From assembly GCA_963675665.1 (NCBI GenBank), contig OY776510.1, positions 96,001-160,000 on the forward strand: DNA of 64,000 nucleotides. The letters are read 5' to 3'. Under the pieces are notes generated by a model. That model was not told the origin of the DNA and did no database searches. It worked only from the letters and a program-made list of their open reading frames with translations. Below are positions 59,384 to 64,000 of this stretch, in pieces. The position numbers and the translations under genes are program-made. This stretch comes from Spirochaetia bacterium. Its GTDB lineage: Bacteria; Spirochaetota; Spirochaetia; UBA9216. How positions within the stretch are numbered: the stretch's first letter is position 1; the number at the start of each line of letters is the position of its first letter.

Positions 59384-59499
59384 TATTCTGTTATTCTCCG
59401 TATTCTATTCCTCTTCCTTTTTTAGAATACCTTTTTTTTTAAAACTGCGCAATTTATTGATTTGACATCCGGTTGAAATAGATTATAGTTAATAAAAAG

Positions 59500-62469
59500 A
59501 TGAAAAACAGTATAACTAAAGTATCAAAAATACACCTTAGATTTCAGATAAGCCTGCTTTTTTTGATTCTGGTTATGCTGATCATTTTAACATTTTCAAT
59601 TCTTTTCGCAGTACTGTCGGTCAATAAAAATATCAGCAGGCAAAGAGCTGAGCAGTTATTCAGCAAAACAGGGCAGTCAATAATACTAAAACTTGATTCA
59701 CAGCTTGAAAAGGCTATTCAGTTTGCCGGCCTGATGACGCATCTGCAGCAGTTTTCAGCAGAAATTGAAAACAACGGCCAGTCCCATCCGGGACTTCCTT
59801 TCATGTTCGAGGCGCTTAAACACAACAGCTATTTTTATTCTGTTTATGCAGGCTTTGAAAACGGAGATTTTATCCAACTTATCAACACCTTGGGAAGCCC
59901 ATTAATCATCAATGCCCACTCGGCCCCGGACGAGACCGCTTTTATCCTGAGAGCCATCAACAGCTCAGAAGGCAACCGCACGGAATACTGGACGTTTTTC
60001 GATTCCTCATATAGAACCCTGGGTTCGGCGATTAACAACTCTCCTGATTATTTTCCTTCAGAGAGGCCATGGTATATATCAGCCGACCAAAACAGAGGAG
60101 AGGTAATTCTTACCGAACCCTATGTTTATAATTCGTTGAAGCAACCCGGAATAACAGCCGCCTCATCTGTTTCCGGACTCTCTGTCGCCGGAATTGATAT
60201 TACCCTTTCAGGTCTGAATACGTTTCTCGACAGCATGTTTATTTCACCGGGCACCGGCATTATTGTTCTTACCGGCGAGAACAGGGTTCTGGCATCCAGT
60301 CGGCAAATGAGCGAAAAACTTGGAATATCGGGAACTGAACTTTCAAAAACGGACCCGATTCAGCACGAGAGGAATCAAATGCTTTGGGAAAATCCATGGA
60401 CCACTCCCGGCGGGCAGAATTACAGACTTGTCATTACAGCACCCGCATCGGACTTCCTTCAGCATCAGTATATAATTCAGAGACAAATAATATTGATTTC
60501 CATAATTATTTTTGTCCTTTTTCTTCCGGCAATAATAGTCTCAAGCAAATATCTGAGCCGTTTTCTGGAAAATCTTGCCGATGACGCTGAAAAAATTCAG
60601 AATCTGGTTTTCGACGAAAAGGATGAGGAACATTCATTTATTATTGAGTTTGACAAGCTTGCAGAAGCCTTCAGGGTTATGAAAAAGGCAATTGCCGCCA
60701 AAACTAAAGCGCTTCAGGATGCGAAAACAAAGCTTGAGCGAATAATCAACCTCGGCATTGCCATGACAGTAGAGGAAGATACCGATAAGCTTATTGAGAT
60801 GATTCTTACCGGAGCAAAAGAGATTTCTCATGCGGACGGAGGAAGCCTGTATCTGAAAGGTGATAAGGACGAACTTGATTTCAGGATTGTTTTTAACGAC
60901 AGTCTTGGTTTTATCCAGGGAGGAACCAGTAAAAACCGGATTACAATGCCGCCTGTATGTCTGTATGATGAAGACGGTACACCCAACTTTCATAATGTTG
61001 TTTCCTGTGCTTTTCATAAGGGAAAAACAATCGTAATAGAGGATGCTTACAAAGATCCCGACTTTGATTTTTCGGGAACAAGAAAATTCGACGAACTTAA
61101 CAATTACCGATCAAAATCCTTTATCACAGTACCACTCAAGCTTGAAGGAAGCGAAATCCTCGGCGCGCTTCAGCTTATAAATTGTATGCCTGACAAAACC
61201 GGCGGAATTGTCCCTTTCAATAGTGAGATCCGCAGCTTTGTAGAAGCCCTGAGCGCGCTTGCTGCAGTTATTCTGTACAACAGAAGCCTGATGGAATCAC
61301 AGGAAGCACTGTTTGAAGCCCTGATACGCCTGATTGCAAGCGCCATAGACACAAAAAGTCCGTACACGGGAGGCCACTGCGAACGTGTTCCAGTTCTGGC
61401 GACAATGCTTGCCGATGCGGCAGAAAAAGCAGAGACAGGGTCTCTCGGTAATTTTCGGTTTCAATCACAGGAAGACAGAAAAGCTTTTATTATCGGGGCA
61501 TGGCTTCATGATGCCGGCAAAATGACAACTCCGGAATTTGTTGTCGATAAAGCTGTCAAACTTGAAACAATATACAACAGAATACATGAGATAAGAACAA
61601 GGTTTGAAATACTTCTGCGAGATGAACTTCTAAAACAGAAAGAAGCTCTTCTGGCCGGCAGGAACCCCGAAGCGGCAACAGCAGAACTTGAAGCTGCAGT
61701 TGCCAGGCTGCATGATGATTTTAATTTTATCGCCAGCTGCAATACCGGAGAAAATCCTGTAGCGGAAGAATGTGAAAAACGGATAACAGAATTAAGCCGT
61801 ATAACATGGACAAGCCATTTTGATCATACAATCGGCTTGTCGCGGGAAGAAGCAGAAAAAACCGAAACACCGTTTGTAATGGGAAAAACAATTGAAGAAC
61901 CTCTGATAGCGGACAAACCGGCACATATTATCGCAGACAGGGGGAAAACCAAAGCCCTGTATGAAAGTTACGGTTTTGCACTTCCAAAACCGTCATATCT
62001 TTACAACAGAGGTGAAATCCATAACCTGATGATATGGAAAGGAACACTCACTGATGAAGAACGCTTCAAGGTAAATGAACATATAATGCAGACCATAGTC
62101 ATGCTGGATCAGCTCCCGTTTCCGAAAGGCCTTCACAAAATTCCGGAATATGTAGGAACACATCATGAAACATTATCGGGTAAAGGTTATCCGCGGGGCC
62201 TGGATGCTTCAAAACTTTCCATACCGTCAAGGATAATGGCAATTGCAGATATTTTTGAAGCCTTGACTGCCGCTGATCGGCCGTATAAAAATGCTTATAA
62301 ATTGTCAAAAGCAATCGCGATACTGCATGAACTTGCAGTTTCAAGGCATATTGATTCTGATCTTTTCGAACTGTTTCTGACGTCAGGTATTTACCGGAAA
62401 TATGCGGAACAGTACCTGCCTCCTGAAATGATTGATGAAGTAGATATAAATAAATATCTGGGTCAATAA
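59500..62469 (+). CDS. Cache-HAMP-GAF-HD-GYP cyclic di-GMP phosphodiesterase
   Basis: Two TM helices; ERPWY/TEPY Cache motif; GAF; YTGGHC, LHDAGK, HHE..SGKGYP, IADIFEALTA.DRPYK. Confidence 0.9.
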   Translation: MKNSITKVSKIHLRFQISLLFLILVMLIILTFSILFAVLSVNKNISRQRAEQLFSKTGQSIILKLDSQLEKAIQFAGLMTHLQQFSAEIENNGQSHPGLPFMFEALKHNSYFYSVYAGFENGDFIQLINTLGSPLIINAHSAPDETAFILRAINSSEGNRTEYWTFFDSSYRTLGSAINNSPDYFPSERPWYISADQNRGEVILTEPYVYNSLKQPGITAASSVSGLSVAGIDITLSGLNTFLDSMFISPGTGIIVLTGENRVLASSRQMSEKLGISGTELSKTDPIQHERNQMLWENPWTTPGGQNYRLVITAPASDFLQHQYIIQRQIILISIIIFVLFLPAIIVSSKYLSRFLENLADDAEKIQNLVFDEKDEEHSFIIEFDKLAEAFRVMKKAIAAKTKALQDAKTKLERIINLGIAMTVEEDTDKLIEMILTGAKEISHADGGSLYLKGDKDELDFRIVFNDSLGFIQGGTSKNRITMPPVCLYDEDGTPNFHNVVSCAFHKGKTIVIEDAYKDPDFDFSGTRKFDELNNYRSKSFITVPLKLEGSEILGALQLINCMPDKTGGIVPFNSEIRSFVEALSALAAVILYNRSLMESQEALFEALIRLIASAIDTKSPYTGGHCERVPVLATMLADAAEKAETGSLGNFRFQSQEDRKAFIIGAWLHDAGKMTTPEFVVDKAVKLETIYNRIHEIRTRFEILLRDELLKQKEALLAGRNPEAATAELEAAVARLHDDFNFIASCNTGENPVAEECEKRITELSRITWTSHFDHTIGLSREEAEKTETPFVMGKTIEEPLIADKPAHIIADRGKTKALYESYGFALPKPSYLYNRGEIHNLMIWKGTLTDEERFKVNEHIMQTIVMLDQLPFPKGLHKIPEYVGTHHETLSGKGYPRGLDASKLSIPSRIMAIADIFEALTAADRPYKNAYKLSKAIAILHELAVSRHIDSDLFELFLTSGIYRKYAEQYLPPEMIDEVDINKYLGQ

Positions 62470-62486
62470 ATCAGGATCGTCTGAAC

Positions 62487-63206
62487 CTATTCAACTATAA
62501 TTTTTATAGCTTCAATCATTTCTGCAGCACTATCTATTCCGGTTAAATCCGTATAAAGCCCTGGATTTTCATCCAGAGAACCTCCGTGACCGACCAGCGA
62601 AAGAGAAACCGATTGCCCTTTTTCAATACAGCTGATATCAGCAGAATATATAATTGACGGTTGCCCTGCCCAATCATTATTGTCCTCTGTATATACAGCG
62701 TTTACATCATCCGATTTGTTCAGTTCTGCAAAAACTCTGGTTGCAGACGGAAGTTCATCTGTTGAAGTTTCAAGAGAAAAATCCGCCATGGGTGTTGCGG
62801 ACGTCAAAGTATCAGGATACGGATATTCCCTGCACGGCAGCCGGCTTCCGGAGTTTTTGAGTTTAAAACTCCAGAACGGCAGGCATTCAGAATAAAAGGC
62901 CTCTCCGTCTTCATTCTTTGCGGAATGATTTACCTCAGTAAAATCCGCTCCGGTTACATAAAGGGTCTGAACAAGCTCACCTTCCGCATTCTCAAGCCAG
63001 ACAGCCATTTGTGGAAGTACATTAAAGATGAACGGTCCTATATGCATTTGACTGCTCCACTCATCTCCGGTATCTGTATCGATAGTCAGAAGACGCTCTG
63101 CAGAATCGTCCAGTTGTATTACGGTATAAGAGGTATCCAGTTTATTCATTACACAACCTGAAAAAGTCAAAGTTGCAGCAACAACAATCAGTATTATTTT
63201 ATTCAT
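62487..63206 (-). CDS. Putative lipoprotein (DUF2271-like)
   Basis: Lipobox-like TFSGC; PQMAVWLE..G..VQTLYVT; D.LTSATP; GQPS. Confidence 0.65.
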   Translation of the reverse strand: MNKIILIVVAATLTFSGCVMNKLDTSYTVIQLDDSAERLLTIDTDTGDEWSSQMHIGPFIFNVLPQMAVWLENAEGELVQTLYVTGADFTEVNHSAKNEDGEAFYSECLPFWSFKLKNSGSRLPCREYPYPDTLTSATPMADFSLETSTDELPSATRVFAELNKSDDVNAVYTEDNNDWAGQPSIIYSADISCIEKGQSVSLSLVGHGGSLDENPGLYTDLTGIDSAAEMIEAIKIIVE

Positions 63207-63289
63207 TTCTGCTCCCAAATATATTGCTTCAGTATTATTTCAACTGAATATTACAACAATTGAAGCAGTTAAAAATGTTACCTTATTTT

Positions 63290-63691
63290 TCAGGAATTGC
63301 TTTTTTCCTCTTCCTTAATCATTTTTTCGATTCTCTGAACTCTTTTACCTACATCGTTTACCCGGTATTCAATTGTATTGAGAATCCAGAAAATGAAGTG
63401 GTTGTATTTATGCTGGGAATGGATCATCCAGACAATCTTTATTGACACAAGCAGCACAGAGATCTCCAGGGAAATAAAAGCCGGAAGCCAGTGGGTTGTG
63501 GTTTCCAGAATAAACATCAGGAGAATCAGTCCCAGAAAAACCAGGTTTATTATATTATCCCGGTTGGAATAGCTTTTACCGCCGATATTGCCGATGAGAG
63601 CCTTTATCTCTTCCTTTTCCTTATTGAATTCGGCTATTTCGGCTTCCAGCTGCGCCTTGTTCTGTTCCCATTCAGAATGATCGATACTCAT
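63290..63691 (-). CDS. Hypothetical membrane protein (coiled coil plus 2 TM)
   Basis: ATG 63691 after GGAGG; two hydrophobic helices. Confidence 0.7.
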   Translation of the reverse strand: MSIDHSEWEQNKAQLEAEIAEFNKEKEEIKALIGNIGGKSYSNRDNIINLVFLGLILLMFILETTTHWLPAFISLEISVLLVSIKIVWMIHSQHKYNHFIFWILNTIEYRVNDVGKRVQRIEKMIKEEEKSNS

Positions 63692-63711
63692 AAATTGCCT
63701 CCACCGAATTA

Positions 63712-64000
63712 TTACATAATTGGAATCTCTAACAGCTTTTCTGAAATTTCCACAAAACCCTTTCCGCCGCATAACGACGCAACATAAGCAGGTTCGTTTT
63801 CAAGTATATCAGCAAAATCCAGAATATTGGCAACAGCAAATGAATTGGGCAGTAATCCAAACAGGGGTTCGTCATTCGGCGAATCACCGCAAAACACAGC
63901 TTCTGCCTTGAACTCATCTTCATCTAATCCGTAACGCTCTTTCATAAACAGAATCGCCATATCGCGCTTGCTGTAATTTCCAAACCAGGTATTAACGTGA
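63712..64000 (-). CDS. HAD-IIB family hydrolase, C-terminal part (5' end outside the window)
   Basis: Motif IV CGDSPNDEPLF; frame open to the window edge (HVNTWFGNYSK). Confidence 0.8.
   Translation of the reverse strand, partial: HVNTWFGNYSKRDMAILFMKERYGLDEDEFKAEAVFCGDSPNDEPLFGLLPNSFAVANILDFADILENEPAYVASLCGGKGFVEISEKLLEIPIM

Noticed and set aside
1-64000. CRISPR arrays, tRNA, rRNA or prophage
   Set aside because: None recognised by eye; intergenic gaps are short and explained by promoters and terminators

Overview
Bacterial chromosomal window. Gene content and protein styles suggest an anaerobic free-living spirochaete, but this is inference. Left to right it holds: the 5' end of a transposase cut by the window edge; ilvBN under a Val/Ile/Leu leader-peptide attenuator; moaA-moaC-mog; suhB-cidA-lrgB; an ECF sigma / membrane anti-sigma / exported caspase-family protease triad; parE-parC; a sigma54-controlled beta-lysine fermentation cluster (kamD-kamE-kce-kdd-M20 deacylase-NhaC-kamB, plus a divergent activator, CoA-transferase and kal) that lacks kamA; pheST under a Phe-rich leader-peptide attenuator; atoSC-atoEBDA; nfo and ppiC; a GntR/LarA/split-UxaA/GntP operon; an atypical ClC; the TIGR03545/03546 pair; ArsR-MFS; adenosine deaminase; a frameshifted racemase; LuxR-DUF4097; an MBL hydrolase; and an HD-GYP protein. 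The best candidates for undescribed systems are (1) a possible N-epsilon-acetyl-beta-lysine (osmolyte) scavenging pathway, (2) a caspase-triggered ECF signalling module with an R-x-K-G motif shared by protease and anti-sigma, and (3) a LarA-UxaA epimerase-dehydratase pathway. No rRNA, tRNA or CRISPR array was seen. All family calls come from motif recognition; no database search was run.
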